64,000 nucleotides of DNA from an uncultured Alphaproteobacteria bacterium (GCA_944393215.1 CALXZL010000001.1:11718-75717), one strand, 5' to 3'; positions 1-10,156 are shown, counted from the stretch's first letter. Made by a program: numbers and translations. The notes: generated from the letters alone by a model not told the origin.

Positions 1-316
1 CGATTTTTAAGATTGAATCGCCTCAAACCGTTAGAAAAAAAATCCCCTTGATTGCGATTCGCAAAATAATAAAATTTAAAATTCGTCTATTTATAAACCT
101 TGAGTCTAAAAAAGCAAGTAAATTTATCAAAAAAGAGTCAAGTTTTTTTATTTTTTTCACACAAAAAAATCTCTCTCAAAAGATTCGAAAGACTCATTTT
201 TTGTGTTATGTGAGAATTTATAATTTTGTAATTAAAAAATTTTCAAAGCCATGCTCCTTTTTTGTCAAAAAAAAGTGTATAAAGAAGCAAAATTCTTTAT
301 ACACCTTCTTACAAAC

Positions 317-862
317 TTATTCCAATTTGATGCTGAAGCACAACCGAGACGCATACCACCTGGCATCGTGACCGTAATTATCTTTAGTATCAGTCTTAAT
401 GCCACTGGCTCTAAGCAATATCTCGATAATATTTTTAAAGCAGAGCTTAACGGCATAAATTAAAGCCGTCTTACCTGAATCGTCTTGTGCATTGATATTA
501 ATATCTGACTTTTGCAACAGAGCCTTGACCACCACAATATTGCCTTTGATACAAGCCCAAATCAGAGCCGTATTCATTTGCAAATCAGAAAAGTTGTAAT
601 CCACCTTCGGAACGCTCAATAAATATAATGCCACGTCGGTACGATTTTTAAAAATTGCCCAGATAAGAGCTGTTTTTCCTCCGTTTCCGGAATAGTTAAC
701 ATCAAGTTCAGGAATATTTTCCACAAAATACTTAACTAACTCAAGCTCACCTTTTTTAACAGCATCAATAAAATGCTTGTGTAATTGATTCAATAATACT
801 TTTTCCATAACTAAATAATAAAAATGTAAAGGCATATGTACATATTTTAGCGTAAGAGTCAA
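317..862 (-). CDS. ankyrin repeat protein
   Basis: Three or more tandem ~33-aa repeats with the GKTALIWA / NTALIWAC / GKTALIYAV ... LL ankyrin signature. Confidence 0.7.
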   Translation of the reverse strand: MTLTLKYVHMPLHFYYLVMEKVLLNQLHKHFIDAVKKGELELVKYFVENIPELDVNYSGNGGKTALIWAIFKNRTDVALYLLSVPKVDYNFSDLQMNTALIWACIKGNIVVVKALLQKSDININAQDDSGKTALIYAVKLCFKNIIEILLRASGIKTDTKDNYGHDARWYASRLCFSIKLE

Positions 863-887
863 GTTCTTATTTTAACAAAAGAGCCAA

Positions 888-2195
888 TCAGCGCGTATTA
901 TTTTTTCGGGAAAGCAAATTTTTAACCGCTGTCAAATCACGCGTCTCATTTTTCACAACAAACTTTCGAGCAACTTTTTTAGAAACTTGACGTTTGGATA
1001 AAATCTTTAACAAATTAGATGCATCTTTCTTAGCATTTCCAGGCATTGCCTTCCCTAACTTCCGTGCAAATTCAGGCGTCATTCCGGTATAATGCAAAGC
1101 CATTTTTTCAGCTGCTTTTTGCACTTCATCAGATAAAGGCATTTTTTTCTCAGGCAAATATTTAGAAAAATTGTCAACCTCAACACCCAACCTCTTCAAA
1201 ACCGGATTATCTTTGATTCTGTCAAACATTCGTTTCAAGCGTTTATCAAATTCTTTTTCATTTCCAAAAGCCAAGCTGGCGGCATCATAACTTTCACATT
1301 TGGCTTTCATAGAAAAAATCACTTGATTTTCATATGTTTTTTGAAAATTTTTTTGCCAAGAATCATGAAGAGCAGCAAACAAAGCCCGATTATAATCAGC
1401 TTTACTCATATTCTCTTTTTTCAGAGCCAAATCTTTATAAAAAGCAAAACAAGAAAACTCCGGTCTATCAAAAATCTTCAATGCCTCAGCCAAAGGAACC
1501 CCGCCTTGCACTTGTTTTTGCACCCCAAAATCCAAAACCAAAAACTCCACCAATGTTGCCGAAACTTCGTCATATTGATTAAGCACTCCATATTGTTCTA
1601 CGGACAAACCCGGCGCATAGAGCCCGTTTTCATCATTAACCATATGCTGTAATTCATGAGCCAGAAGTGATAAATACTCAACAGAATATTTATTATTATA
1701 ACGCGCCAGCATGGAGCTGATATTCTGAGCTTTTTGATCTTGCTCTTCCAAAGACATATTCATATAATTTTGCTCAACATAATACAAAATATCATCTTTT
1801 TTGTTACCGTCGACATAATTCATGGTAACGTTTTTTTTGCCCAAATCATAATAAGCCAGTTGACGTTCAAAAGAAAAATCGTCAAACGAGATAGTATCTG
1901 TTTCCACAACCTGTTCTCTGTTTTCAAAACTTTCTTTTTGATCTTCATAATAATTTTCCAAATTTTCTTTGAGGTCGGAATAAACATTGGCATGAACCGG
2001 ATTTCCGTTAATAGACATATAAATCTGGTCGCCTTTGAGCACCTCTTGTATAACCACTTGCTCGGTTTTATCCTGTTTTGATTCTTCGACTTTAGGTTCA
2101 CTCTGAGCATAAGCAACCGGAGAAGACAAAGCGGCAACCATAACCGTTGCGCCGCTTTTTTCCTTAAAAAATTTTTTTAATTTGTTCCAAAACAT
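888..2195 (-). CDS. secreted hypothetical protein with HExxH (zincin-like) motif
   Basis: N-terminal signal peptide (…AALSSPVAYA|QSE); internal LLAHELQHMV motif; no recognisable family otherwise. Confidence 0.5.
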   Translation of the reverse strand: MFWNKLKKFFKEKSGATVMVAALSSPVAYAQSEPKVEESKQDKTEQVVIQEVLKGDQIYMSINGNPVHANVYSDLKENLENYYEDQKESFENREQVVETDTISFDDFSFERQLAYYDLGKKNVTMNYVDGNKKDDILYYVEQNYMNMSLEEQDQKAQNISSMLARYNNKYSVEYLSLLAHELQHMVNDENGLYAPGLSVEQYGVLNQYDEVSATLVEFLVLDFGVQKQVQGGVPLAEALKIFDRPEFSCFAFYKDLALKKENMSKADYNRALFAALHDSWQKNFQKTYENQVIFSMKAKCESYDAASLAFGNEKEFDKRLKRMFDRIKDNPVLKRLGVEVDNFSKYLPEKKMPLSDEVQKAAEKMALHYTGMTPEFARKLGKAMPGNAKKDASNLLKILSKRQVSKKVARKFVVKNETRDLTAVKNLLSRKNNTR

Positions 2196-2358
2196 ATTCT
2201 GTTTCCAATTTTCTTAACCTAAAATTTATCATAACATAAACTTCGTTTAAACTCAATAAAAGAAAACTCTGAATCTTAAGCTCCGCACTACTGTTAAGTC
2301 ATATAACTTTACCAACGACAATCTACCACAATTTTCTGATAAAAAACTTAAATAACAC

Positions 2359-2392
2359 AAAAAAGCCTGTCAGTTTTGACAGGCTTTTTTAA
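2359..2392 (-). terminator. rho-independent terminator after rplL (bidirectional hairpin)
   Basis: AAAAAAGCCTGTCAgttttGACAGGCTTTTTT, an 8-bp GC-containing stem flanked by A and T runs, 20 nt past the rplL stop. Confidence 0.7.
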
Positions 2393-2411
2393 TCTCATTT
2401 GAATAAAGAAA

Positions 2412-2786
2412 TTACTTCAATTCAACTTTAGCACCAGCGGCTTCAAGTTTCTTCTTAATTTCTTCAGCTTCAGCTTTAGGAGCACCTTCTTTAACAGTTT
2501 TCGGAGCACCGTCTACCAAATCTTTAGCTTCCTTCAAGCCCAATTGAGTAATAGCACGGATTTCTTTAATAACGTTAATTTTGTTAGCACCAGCTTCAGC
2601 CAAGATAACATCAAATTCATCTTTTTCTTCAGCAGCAGCGGCACCGGCAGCAGCACCACCGGCAGCAACGGCAACGGCGGCAGCGGCAGAAACGCCCCAT
2701 TTTTCTTCTAACATTTTAGACAAGTCAGCAGCTTCCATAACAGTCAAAGCTGACAATTCATCAACTAATTTGGCTAAATCGGCCAT
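2412..2786 (-). CDS. rplL: 50S ribosomal protein L7/L12
   Basis: Ala-rich hinge, C-terminal [12 protein letters not shown]…[10 protein letters not shown], length 124 aa. Confidence 0.95.
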   Translation of the reverse strand: MADLAKLVDELSALTVMEAADLSKMLEEKWGVSAAAAVAVAAGGAAAGAAAAEEKDEFDVILAEAGANKINVIKEIRAITQLGLKEAKDLVDGAPKTVKEGAPKAEAEEIKKKLEAAGAKVELK

Positions 2787-2955
2787 ATTTTTTCTCCAAT
2801 AAAATAAATTAAATCAAATTAAAAAATCTTTTTACTCATATTCTATTTTTTATTTTTAGAACTGTTAATACGCCGTTAGTTTTGAGTGAAGTGTACAACA
2901 AAAGGTACACGAACGAAAAACTAACAAGTAATAACGGCATAAAAATAAAAAATAA

Positions 2956-3438
2956 TTAAGCAGCTTCTTTTTCGCTGTAAGCTTTTGTAACTCTTGCCAA
3001 CTGAGCAGCAGGAGCTTGCAACAAACCGATGATTTTGGCTCTGAGTTCGTCCATAGAAGGAATAGAAGCCAATTTCTTGATTTCATCGATAGAGATAACG
3101 CCGGTACCCATAGCGCCGCCAACGATGAGCAATTTTTCATTAGTTTTAGCAAATTCAACACAAGCTTTGCAGGCAGAGACCGGATCAGAGGCGAAAGCAA
3201 TAGCTGTCGGACCTTTGAACAAATCGATCAAACCTTCAAATTTTGTGCCTTTAAGAGCCAGACGAGTAATGCGATTTTTTGTAACTTTAAAGCCAGCGCC
3301 TGCTTTTCTGATATTGTCACGCAATTCAGAAACTTCGGCTACGGTTAAGCCTTTGTAGTGAGAAACAACTACAACTTCTGAATTATTGAACAATTCATTC
3401 AGTTCGCTGAGCAATTGTGCTTTTTCTTCGCGATTCAC
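2956..3438 (-). CDS. rplJ: 50S ribosomal protein L10
   Basis: 160 aa, typical L10 sequence, immediately upstream of rplL. Confidence 0.9.
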   Translation of the reverse strand: MNREEKAQLLSELNELFNNSEVVVVSHYKGLTVAEVSELRDNIRKAGAGFKVTKNRITRLALKGTKFEGLIDLFKGPTAIAFASDPVSACKACVEFAKTNEKLLIVGGAMGTGVISIDEIKKLASIPSMDELRAKIIGLLQAPAAQLARVTKAYSEKEAA

Positions 3439-3439
3439 T

Positions 3440-3866
3440 TATTGTCTCCAAAAAAACATCTTTTACTTAAAGATGTATTCAACACATTTCCGCAATTGAC
3501 ACTGTTTCAGGAAAAGCAACCGCTCTTCTCTTCAACCTTGCCCACCGCGGGACCTAATCTGTCCAGGAGAAAAAAGATATAAAATTTTTCTTACTCCCGT
3601 CTGCGTAGGATATTTAAGATTTCGGTTTTCAAATCAGCTGAGGCTACTTTTTTCAACATCACCCCCACCATTTAATCACCTCGACCACCTACGGTCTTGG
3701 ACAGTTTCCAAGGAAAACTTCGGTTTAAACATCCACGATTCGGCATCATCCCTTCTCGCTTCCGTTCTACCGCTCGCCCCTTGGAGAGCGGGTGATGATA
3801 AGTTCATCACCCAAAACTTTTCAAAAACTTCAAGCACCCAACTTATCGGTGCTCAAGTTTCGAGCA
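3440..3866 (-). promoter_or_regulatory. long structured rplJ (L10) 5' leader, candidate L10(L12)4 autoregulatory leader
   Basis: ~420-nt intergenic region between rplA and rplJ, clearly GC-richer than its surroundings, with several stem-loops (e.g. GGGTGATGAtaagtTCATCACCC); the L10 leader is a known long regulatory RNA in proteobacteria. Confidence 0.4.
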
Positions 3867-4547
3867 TTACAAAGCTGTTGTATCAACTTTAACGCCAACG
3901 CCCATGGTGCTGCTCAAAGAAATTTTCTTCAAGTATGTACCTTTAGCGCCAGCCGGTTTAGCTTTGATAATAGCATCGATAAAGGTTTTAGCATTATCAT
4001 AGATTTGATCTTCGCTGAAGGAAGCTTTAGCAATACCTGCATGAACAATACCGTTCTTTTCAACACGATATTGAACTTCACCAGCTTTAGCTTTTTTAAC
4101 AGCGTTAGTAACATCCATGGTAACGGTACCGAGTTTCGGGTTCGGCATCAAGCCTTTAGGTCCCAAAACGCGAGCAACTTTACCGGCGAGTCCCATCATA
4201 TCAGGCGTAGCAATACAGCGATCGAAATCAACTTTACCGGAAAGGATAGAGTCGATTAAGTTCTCAGCACCAACGATATCAGCACCGGCAGCTTTAGCTT
4301 CATCAGCTTTTTCGCCTTGAGCCAAAACGGCAACACGAACGGTTTTACCATTGCCGTGCGGCAAAGAGCAAACCCCGCGAACCATTTGGTCAGCGTATTT
4401 CGGGTCAACACCGAGGTTAATTGCAACATCGATGGTTTCGTCAAATTTAGCAGTAGCGTTTTCTTTAACGATTTTAACAGCATCTTTCAAGCCATAAGCC
4501 TGATCTTTATTAACTGTTTTATAAGCGTTTACGATTCTTTTTCCCAT
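3867..4547 (-). CDS. rplA: 50S ribosomal protein L1
   Basis: L1 family sequence; start moved to MGKRIV… (ATG at 4547) because GGAG sits 9 nt upstream and this avoids overlap with rplK. Confidence 0.9.
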   Translation of the reverse strand: MGKRIVNAYKTVNKDQAYGLKDAVKIVKENATAKFDETIDVAINLGVDPKYADQMVRGVCSLPHGNGKTVRVAVLAQGEKADEAKAAGADIVGAENLIDSILSGKVDFDRCIATPDMMGLAGKVARVLGPKGLMPNPKLGTVTMDVTNAVKKAKAGEVQYRVEKNGIVHAGIAKASFSEDQIYDNAKTFIDAIIKAKPAGAKGTYLKKISLSSTMGVGVKVDTTAL

Positions 4548-4551
4548 CACA

Positions 4552-4989
4552 CTACTCCACAACCTTAATGCCCATAGAATAAGCCTGACCTTTAACCATG
4601 TTCATAGCTGCTTCAACGGTAGAGCAGTTAAGATCCGGCATTTTAGCTTCGGCAATTTCTTTAACTTGAGCCATTGTAATTTGACCGGCAACAACTTTAG
4701 TCGGTTCTTTAGAACCACTTTTAACGTTGGCAGCTTTTTTAATATAGTAGCTAACCGGCGGTAATTTTGTAATAAATGTGAAAGATTTATCTTCGTAAGC
4801 GGTAATAACAACCGGAACAGGAATACCCGGTTCCATTTTTTGGGTTGCAGCGTTAAATTGCTTACAAAAATCCATGATGTTCAAGCCTTTTTGACCGAGA
4901 GCCGGACCAACCGGAGGAGAAGGATTAGCTTTTCCTGCCGGAATTTGAAGCTTGATTAAACCTAAAATTTTCTTCTTAGACTTAGCCAT
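4552..4989 (-). CDS. rplK: 50S ribosomal protein L11
   Basis: [10 protein letters not shown]…PPVGPALG L11 signature; start at 4989 with a GAGGT RBS; the longer ORF to 5025 is a spurious N-extension. Confidence 0.9.
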   Translation of the reverse strand: MAKSKKKILGLIKLQIPAGKANPSPPVGPALGQKGLNIMDFCKQFNAATQKMEPGIPVPVVITAYEDKSFTFITKLPPVSYYIKKAANVKSGSKEPTKVVAGQITMAQVKEIAEAKMPDLNCSTVEAAMNMVKGQAYSMGIKVVE

Positions 4990-5274
4990 TATATACCTCA
5001 ATTTTCGGGTTCGTGGTCGGACCATGGCTGGTCTCCCACGAAATTATGTTAAAACGATTCGCTCATAAAAGGACATAAAAATCCCTTTAAGAGTCGCTTT
5101 TGTATACCACACTCTTTTCAGATTGCAAGCTTTTTTTACATTTTTTTACACATAAGGGTTTGATTTGACTCGCAAAGAAATTTTTGTCTATTTTTTTCTT
5201 GTCTTACTCTTAAATATGTGTTAAAAAGAGATAGGAAATAAAATTAGTATGTATAACCCGTTAATATATATATT

Positions 5275-5760
5275 ATGAAGACAAAATCTTCTGACGGTAT
5301 GGATAAATGTTATTCAGCCGTTGTAACAAAAGTCAAAGATGACCGAGTGTTTTTTGAAATGGAATATTTCCGCTCCACCAAAAGCGGTATTGAAAATTCT
5401 AAAAAAACAGCGGCATTTTTTGTAAAACAAAAAAACTTCAACCCGCACACCTGCTTTAAATGCAGAGAAATTGTAGAGGTAAAAGTCATAAAGGTTTTCA
5501 AGCCTTCCGAAAACTTTTATCACCTCAATTATGAAGTAATTCCTTGTTCATTGCCTATTGACGAGTTTATCAAAGCTCATCCTATCGGCACCATGGTTCA
5601 AGGGAGCATTGAAGCTATTACCGGTGCAACAATGGTAATATGTTTGGCACCTAATGTTTATGCATTGACCAAACGTTGTAAACATGCCCATACCGGTCAG
5701 AAAGTTGATTGCAAAATTGATAAATATCGCAATCAAAAAATTTCATTGAGAGTTTTCTAA
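5275..5760 (+). CDS. hypothetical protein
   Basis: 161-aa ORF between rplK and anmK; no RBS at the annotated start and no family recognised. Confidence 0.35.
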   Translation: MKTKSSDGMDKCYSAVVTKVKDDRVFFEMEYFRSTKSGIENSKKTAAFFVKQKNFNPHTCFKCREIVEVKVIKVFKPSENFYHLNYEVIPCSLPIDEFIKAHPIGTMVQGSIEAITGATMVICLAPNVYALTKRCKHAHTGQKVDCKIDKYRNQKISLRVF

Positions 5761-5868
5761 AAAAATTACTAACCCAAGCCCCTGATTTATGTCACGGGGC
5801 TTTAATTTTGTAGACGAATAAAATTTCTTTTGCTATGCTTTCAAAAATAACCCCTTAGGGAGGCAGAG

Positions 5869-7197
5869 ATGAGCAAAAAAATTTATCGCTGTATCGGTAT
5901 CATGACCGGCAATTCGCTGGATGCCGTTGATGTCGTTTTAACTGAATTTAATGATGAACATATCAAAGACATTTGCGGTTTTTCATTAAATATTCCCACT
6001 TCCTTAAGCAATCGCTTCCGCCAACTCAAATTTATGCTTGCTCAAAATAATTGCAATATCAAAGCTTATGCCGACAAAGAAGAAAACCATTTTCAAGAAT
6101 TGCATGATGAATATATTCGCTTAGTGGCACAAACTGTCAACCATATGCTTCAAGAAAACAATATTTCAAAAGATAGCATAGATGCCATCGGTTTTCACGG
6201 TCAAACCTGCGGACACTGCCCGCCTTCCATTGCCCAAAGCAAAGATCCTCACCAAATTTACACCTTACAAATCGGTTCGGGACAAATGCTTGCTGATCTC
6301 ACCGGCATTCCGGTCGTCTATGATTTTCGCTCTGATGATATCATGAACTTAGGAGAAGGAGCGCCTTTAGCCCCAATTCACAATCAACATATTGCGCAAG
6401 ATTTGCTAAAGAAAAAAATTTTTCCGGTCGCTTTTTGTAACGGAGGTAACACCGGAAATTTCTCCATTATTTCCCGAAACAAAATTACCGGCAAAGAGAT
6501 TATACTTGGGTGGGATGTCGGACCGTTTAATCACTTTATTGATATGTTAATGCGCAACGAAAAACATCTTCCCTGTGATTTGAACGGAGAAACCGGCAAA
6601 CTCGGCAAAATCAACTATCGTTTGTTGCGAAAGCTGTTTGAAAATGCCGTATTAACAAACATCCGCGAAAATTTTATCACCATGCCTCCCCCAAAATCAT
6701 CTGATCCGGCATGGTATATTTTTATTCCGGAATTAAGCGATGAAGGAATTCCGTTCGAAGACCGATTACGCACGGTTGAATATTTCAGTGCTTACATCAT
6801 GGTCTATAATTTAAGTTTTATCCCACCGGAAGTAGAATTCCCGCACTATTTTTTATTCTTCGGCGGCGGATGGAAAAACCCGATTGTGTTAAATGACTTC
6901 AAAAATCTGTTAAACGGAGATATGGAAGTTTTACCCGAGCATCAAGAAATTTTTGACAAACTGCTAATTCCCGAAGCCACCGTAAAATGGTCAGATGATT
7001 ATGGTTATAACGGCAAATATATGGAAGCACGCATTTTTGCCGATATGGCTAAATGCTTTTTAACCAAAGAACCTTTTTCATATCCGGAAACAACCGGCTG
7101 CATCAAACCAACCGTCGGCGGCATTATGGCAAAACCCAACGGAAAAGATAAACGACTGTGGTCAAGGGCGGCACCGGGCTGGGCAACAAAAAAATAA
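5869..7197 (+). CDS. anmK: anhydro-N-acetylmuramic acid kinase
   Basis: N-terminal IGIMTGNSLDAVDVVL matches the AnmK sugar-kinase fold motif (GxMSGTSxDGxD); GGGAGG RBS; longer than typical (442 aa). Confidence 0.65.
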   Translation: MSKKIYRCIGIMTGNSLDAVDVVLTEFNDEHIKDICGFSLNIPTSLSNRFRQLKFMLAQNNCNIKAYADKEENHFQELHDEYIRLVAQTVNHMLQENNISKDSIDAIGFHGQTCGHCPPSIAQSKDPHQIYTLQIGSGQMLADLTGIPVVYDFRSDDIMNLGEGAPLAPIHNQHIAQDLLKKKIFPVAFCNGGNTGNFSIISRNKITGKEIILGWDVGPFNHFIDMLMRNEKHLPCDLNGETGKLGKINYRLLRKLFENAVLTNIRENFITMPPPKSSDPAWYIFIPELSDEGIPFEDRLRTVEYFSAYIMVYNLSFIPPEVEFPHYFLFFGGGWKNPIVLNDFKNLLNGDMEVLPEHQEIFDKLLIPEATVKWSDDYGYNGKYMEARIFADMAKCFLTKEPFSYPETTGCIKPTVGGIMAKPNGKDKRLWSRAAPGWATKK

Positions 7198-7208
7198 AGA
7201 TACAAAAA

Positions 7209-7237
7209 AAGCTCCGAAAATTCGGAGCTTTCTTCAT
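7209..7237. terminator. bidirectional rho-independent terminator (anmK / nusG convergent)
   Basis: AAAAAAAGCTCCGAAaatTTCGGAGCTTTCTT. Confidence 0.7.
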
Positions 7238-7248
7238 AATTAAAATCC

Positions 7249-7782
7249 TTATTTAACCTTTTCTACTTGAGAAAATTCCAGCTCTACCGGCGTAGAACGA
7301 CCAAAAATAGAAACCGAAACCTTCAAACGAGATTTTTCGGCATCAACTTCTTCCACCAAGCCGATAAAGGAAGCAAACGGACCGTCATTAACACGAACCT
7401 GCTCACCGACTTCATAGCTGACAATTGTTTGCGGACGTTCAATACCTTCCTGCATCTGAGTAATGATTCTCTGAGCTTCGGCTTCGGTAATCGGATAAGG
7501 TTTGTTACGACTGCCCAAAAAGTTGGTAACTTTAGGATTATTCTTAATCAAATGCCAAGCATCATCGGTCATAATCATTTTAACCAAGATATAACCGGGA
7601 AAGAACTTACGTTCAGAATTAACCTTAGCCCCTTTTCTGATTTCGACCACTTCTTCGGTCGGGACCATAACATCAAAAATTTTATCGTCCATTTTTTTGA
7701 GAACGGCTTGTTCTTTAATAGATTCGGCAACTTTTTTCTCCGAACCGGAATGAACATTTACAACATACCAACGAGCGTCCAT
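7249..7782 (-). CDS. nusG: transcription termination/antitermination factor NusG
   Basis: NGN domain ([14 protein letters not shown]) and KOW motif ([22 protein letters not shown]). Confidence 0.9.
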   Translation of the reverse strand: MDARWYVVNVHSGSEKKVAESIKEQAVLKKMDDKIFDVMVPTEEVVEIRKGAKVNSERKFFPGYILVKMIMTDDAWHLIKNNPKVTNFLGSRNKPYPITEAEAQRIITQMQEGIERPQTIVSYEVGEQVRVNDGPFASFIGLVEEVDAEKSRLKVSVSIFGRSTPVELEFSQVEKVK

Positions 7783-7785
7783 AAA

Positions 7786-7983
7786 TTAATCTCCAAGACC
7801 TAAAACTAACTGTACAGCCCAACCTAAAATTTGGTCAACAAAGAAAAAGAAAGTAGAAGCAATAGCCACTAAAACAATGACCACCAAAGAAGTTTTAAGC
7901 ACCTCATTTTTAGTAGGCCAAGTAACTTTTTTAACCTCTTGCTTAACTTGTCTAAAAAACTGAATCGGACTGATTTTTGCCAT
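7786..7983 (-). CDS. secE: preprotein translocase subunit SecE
   Basis: 65 aa, single TM helix, KKVTWPTKNEV motif, immediately upstream of nusG. Confidence 0.85.
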   Translation of the reverse strand: MAKISPIQFFRQVKQEVKKVTWPTKNEVLKTSLVVIVLVAIASTFFFFVDQILGWAVQLVLGLGD

Positions 7984-8151
7984 GGACTATATCCACCTTA
8001 ATAAAAAAATTAAACACTTCAGAGCCAATCATCCACGACAAACCGTTCGGACAACAAAGCTCCGACTAATGTGGCAAACATATTAAATAATTTCAGAGAT
8101 GTCAACAACTATATTGCCGCTATAAGCAAATAAAATAAGCAAAATATTCCT

Positions 8152-8358
8152 TCAGAGCTTAAACAACTTTTTAATAAGAGAAAAAAGGCTGATAGTTGTG
8201 CGATTATATATCCGATTATAAAGAGCTTTTTTAGGATTGGTCAACCACCCCCAGCCACGCGGTGCTTTCAAACCCAAATTATGCCGAATAATACGTTTGA
8301 CGGAAGTTCTTGCTCCGATCATCTTGTTTAAAGACGGCTTTCTGACACCAAATTTCAT
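8152..8358 (-). CDS. small basic hypothetical protein
   Basis: 68 aa, Lys/Arg-rich, good AGGAG RBS 8 nt upstream. Confidence 0.45.
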   Translation of the reverse strand: MKFGVRKPSLNKMIGARTSVKRIIRHNLGLKAPRGWGWLTNPKKALYNRIYNRTTISLFSLIKKLFKL

Positions 8359-8437
8359 ACATATAACTCCTAAAAAATTTTTGACATTTATAAAAATATT
8401 TATAATATCAAAGTTGCTAAATTAATAATTAACGCTC

Positions 8438-8474
8438 ATCCCCCACGAAAAAAAACTTTTCGTGGGGTTTTTCT
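8438..8474. terminator. rho-independent terminator
   Basis: CCCCACGAAAAaaaaCTTTTCGTGGGGTTTTT. Confidence 0.65.
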
Positions 8475-8495
8475 TTATTGTCAATTATATTGAAG

Positions 8496-9098
8496 TCAAT
8501 CGGGAAGCTGTCCGTCGTGTGCCTTCCACTGACAATCTAAAATTGCCATATTGGTAAATAAGGCTGTAAAAGAAGAGCCTTCCGGACTACAAGCATATAT
8601 TCCGAATTTTATCTTATTATCTGCTTTATTTAGATGACAAATTCGCATTTGTTTAAAATGCATTCCATCTACAGAATTTTCTATACAAAAATCATTATTC
8701 CGGCGGCTCAAACGATACCACATTGATTTTACATTTGCATCAATTTCGGTTGTTGCCCAATCAGAATAGCCTTCATTTGTAACCACACTGCCCAAATGTT
8801 GCATCACCTCATTTTCATATTCTATTGAGGCTTTAAGCCAATTTTCACTATCCAAATAAACCACAACACCACATTGGTCAAAGCGATGCTTACTGTTAAA
8901 TTCGGTTTTAACAACAAATGAAAAAAATTTTTCCTCCGTTTCCATTTGCAAAACCGGAGCATTATCATTTTGAAAATTGTAATAAGTTCTTTGCCATAAA
9001 TCTGTATGCGGGGTTGTTACGATCTCAATTTTTTCATCAGAAATAAGATATGCTTTCGGCTCCCTTGTCCAAACCAGTTGATTTGATGTGAATTTCAT
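8496..9098 (-). CDS. DUF1349-like (concanavalin-like fold) hypothetical protein
   Basis: N-terminal pattern WTREP…TDLWQRTYYNFQNDNAP resembles DUF1349; assignment from memory only. Confidence 0.45.
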   Translation of the reverse strand: MKFTSNQLVWTREPKAYLISDEKIEIVTTPHTDLWQRTYYNFQNDNAPVLQMETEEKFFSFVVKTEFNSKHRFDQCGVVVYLDSENWLKASIEYENEVMQHLGSVVTNEGYSDWATTEIDANVKSMWYRLSRRNNDFCIENSVDGMHFKQMRICHLNKADNKIKFGIYACSPEGSSFTALFTNMAILDCQWKAHDGQLPD

Positions 9099-9247
9099 AC
9101 CTTTGTCTCCTTATCGCAATTCTTTAAATGCCTACCGCAACATTCTTAATATTGTACTAATTACAAGCCCTTATCGAGCGGTTCTTTTATTTGCAGGAGA
9201 TATAGGATAATATACGAACTAATACAGATGACACTAACTAATAATTC

Positions 9248-9643
9248 TCATTTTTGCTCCTGCTTTTTCCATTTATAAAATGCCGCAATCAAAGAAACAA
9301 AAACCGCAAAGAACCACAAATCGGCTAAGTTTAAAATTATATTTAGGAATAAGCTTTCATCAAATCTAAAAGCAACAAAAGTAGCGCTAATAAAAACAAA
9401 CAAAATGATAACGGCATAAGGTATCCAACCGATAGAACACATATAAAAAGAAAACTTAGGATATTTATTTGAAATATAGGGAATAAATTTTGGAATCTTA
9501 TTAAAACAAAGCATTAATGCAAAAACAATAAACAATACAAACAAAATATCTGGAATAAAATCCAAAGGGAGTAAAGAAGAAAGAACATCTAAAACACTAT
9601 ACAAACCACCCAGCAAAAGGGCTTCCTTTGACCACAATTTCAT
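9248..9643 (-). CDS. integral membrane hypothetical protein
   Basis: 131 aa with 3-4 hydrophobic helices. Confidence 0.4.
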   Translation of the reverse strand: MKLWSKEALLLGGLYSVLDVLSSLLPLDFIPDILFVLFIVFALMLCFNKIPKFIPYISNKYPKFSFYMCSIGWIPYAVIILFVFISATFVAFRFDESLFLNIILNLADLWFFAVFVSLIAAFYKWKKQEQK

Positions 9644-9691
9644 TGTTCGTTCTCCTTTCGAATCAATACGAATAGAATAATCTTTATTTCT

Positions 9692-9979
9692 TTATTTTTT
9701 CTTACGGTTAATACAACTTTCTTTATAAGCATTAATACCATGAGCAATATAAGCCCCAACCATAGAACTTTGATTTAAACGTTTAACTATAGAACCTACA
9801 ACAGGTATTTTTGTTACTAATGATTTATCTGCAATGGAAGAACCAGAAGAAATTGGCTTAGAAACAGATGCATCTTTTTTTATTTTTATAAAGTTTTTAA
9901 CCACCCCTTTTACAGAACAATCACTATTATAACGAGATTTGGCTTTCATTGACAAAGAATTTTGTTTTGTGTAGTCCAT
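9692..9979 (-). CDS. hypothetical protein
   Basis: 95-aa Lys/Ser-rich ORF. Confidence 0.3.
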   Translation of the reverse strand: MDYTKQNSLSMKAKSRYNSDCSVKGVVKNFIKIKKDASVSKPISSGSSIADKSLVTKIPVVGSIVKRLNQSSMVGAYIAHGINAYKESCINRKKK

Positions 9980-10080
9980 ATAACAAGCGGGAACTGATGT
10001 CTATAACAACACCTTACACGGGCTCTATTAACTTATTGATTTATAATAAAAAAGACGCATTAAAGCGTCTTTATCTTGAG

Positions 10081-10156
10081 TGGCAGGGGCAGTAAGATTC
10101 GAACTCACGACATTCGGTTTTGGAGACCGACGCTCTACCAACTGAGCTATACCCCT
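10081..10156 (-). tRNA. trnW: tRNA-Trp (anticodon CCA)
   Basis: 76-nt cloverleaf AGGGGTATAGCTCAGTTGGTAGAGCGTCGGTCTCCAAAACC…CTGCCCCTGCCA; anticodon loop CT-CCA-AA; encoded CCA. Confidence 0.9.

Noticed and set aside
4990-5025. N-terminal extensions of rplK (to 5025), rplA (to 4562), the OMP gene (from 58016) and DUF378 (from 43555)
   Set aside because: Internal ATGs with proper RBSs reproduce canonical protein N-termini; the extensions overlap neighbouring genes.
8383-8411. Textbook TTGACA-N16-TAATAT promoter on the plus strand
   Set aside because: It points into a terminator with no downstream plus-strand gene. Such matches occur often in AT-rich DNA, and a minus-strand promoter for the 68-aa gene is more plausible.
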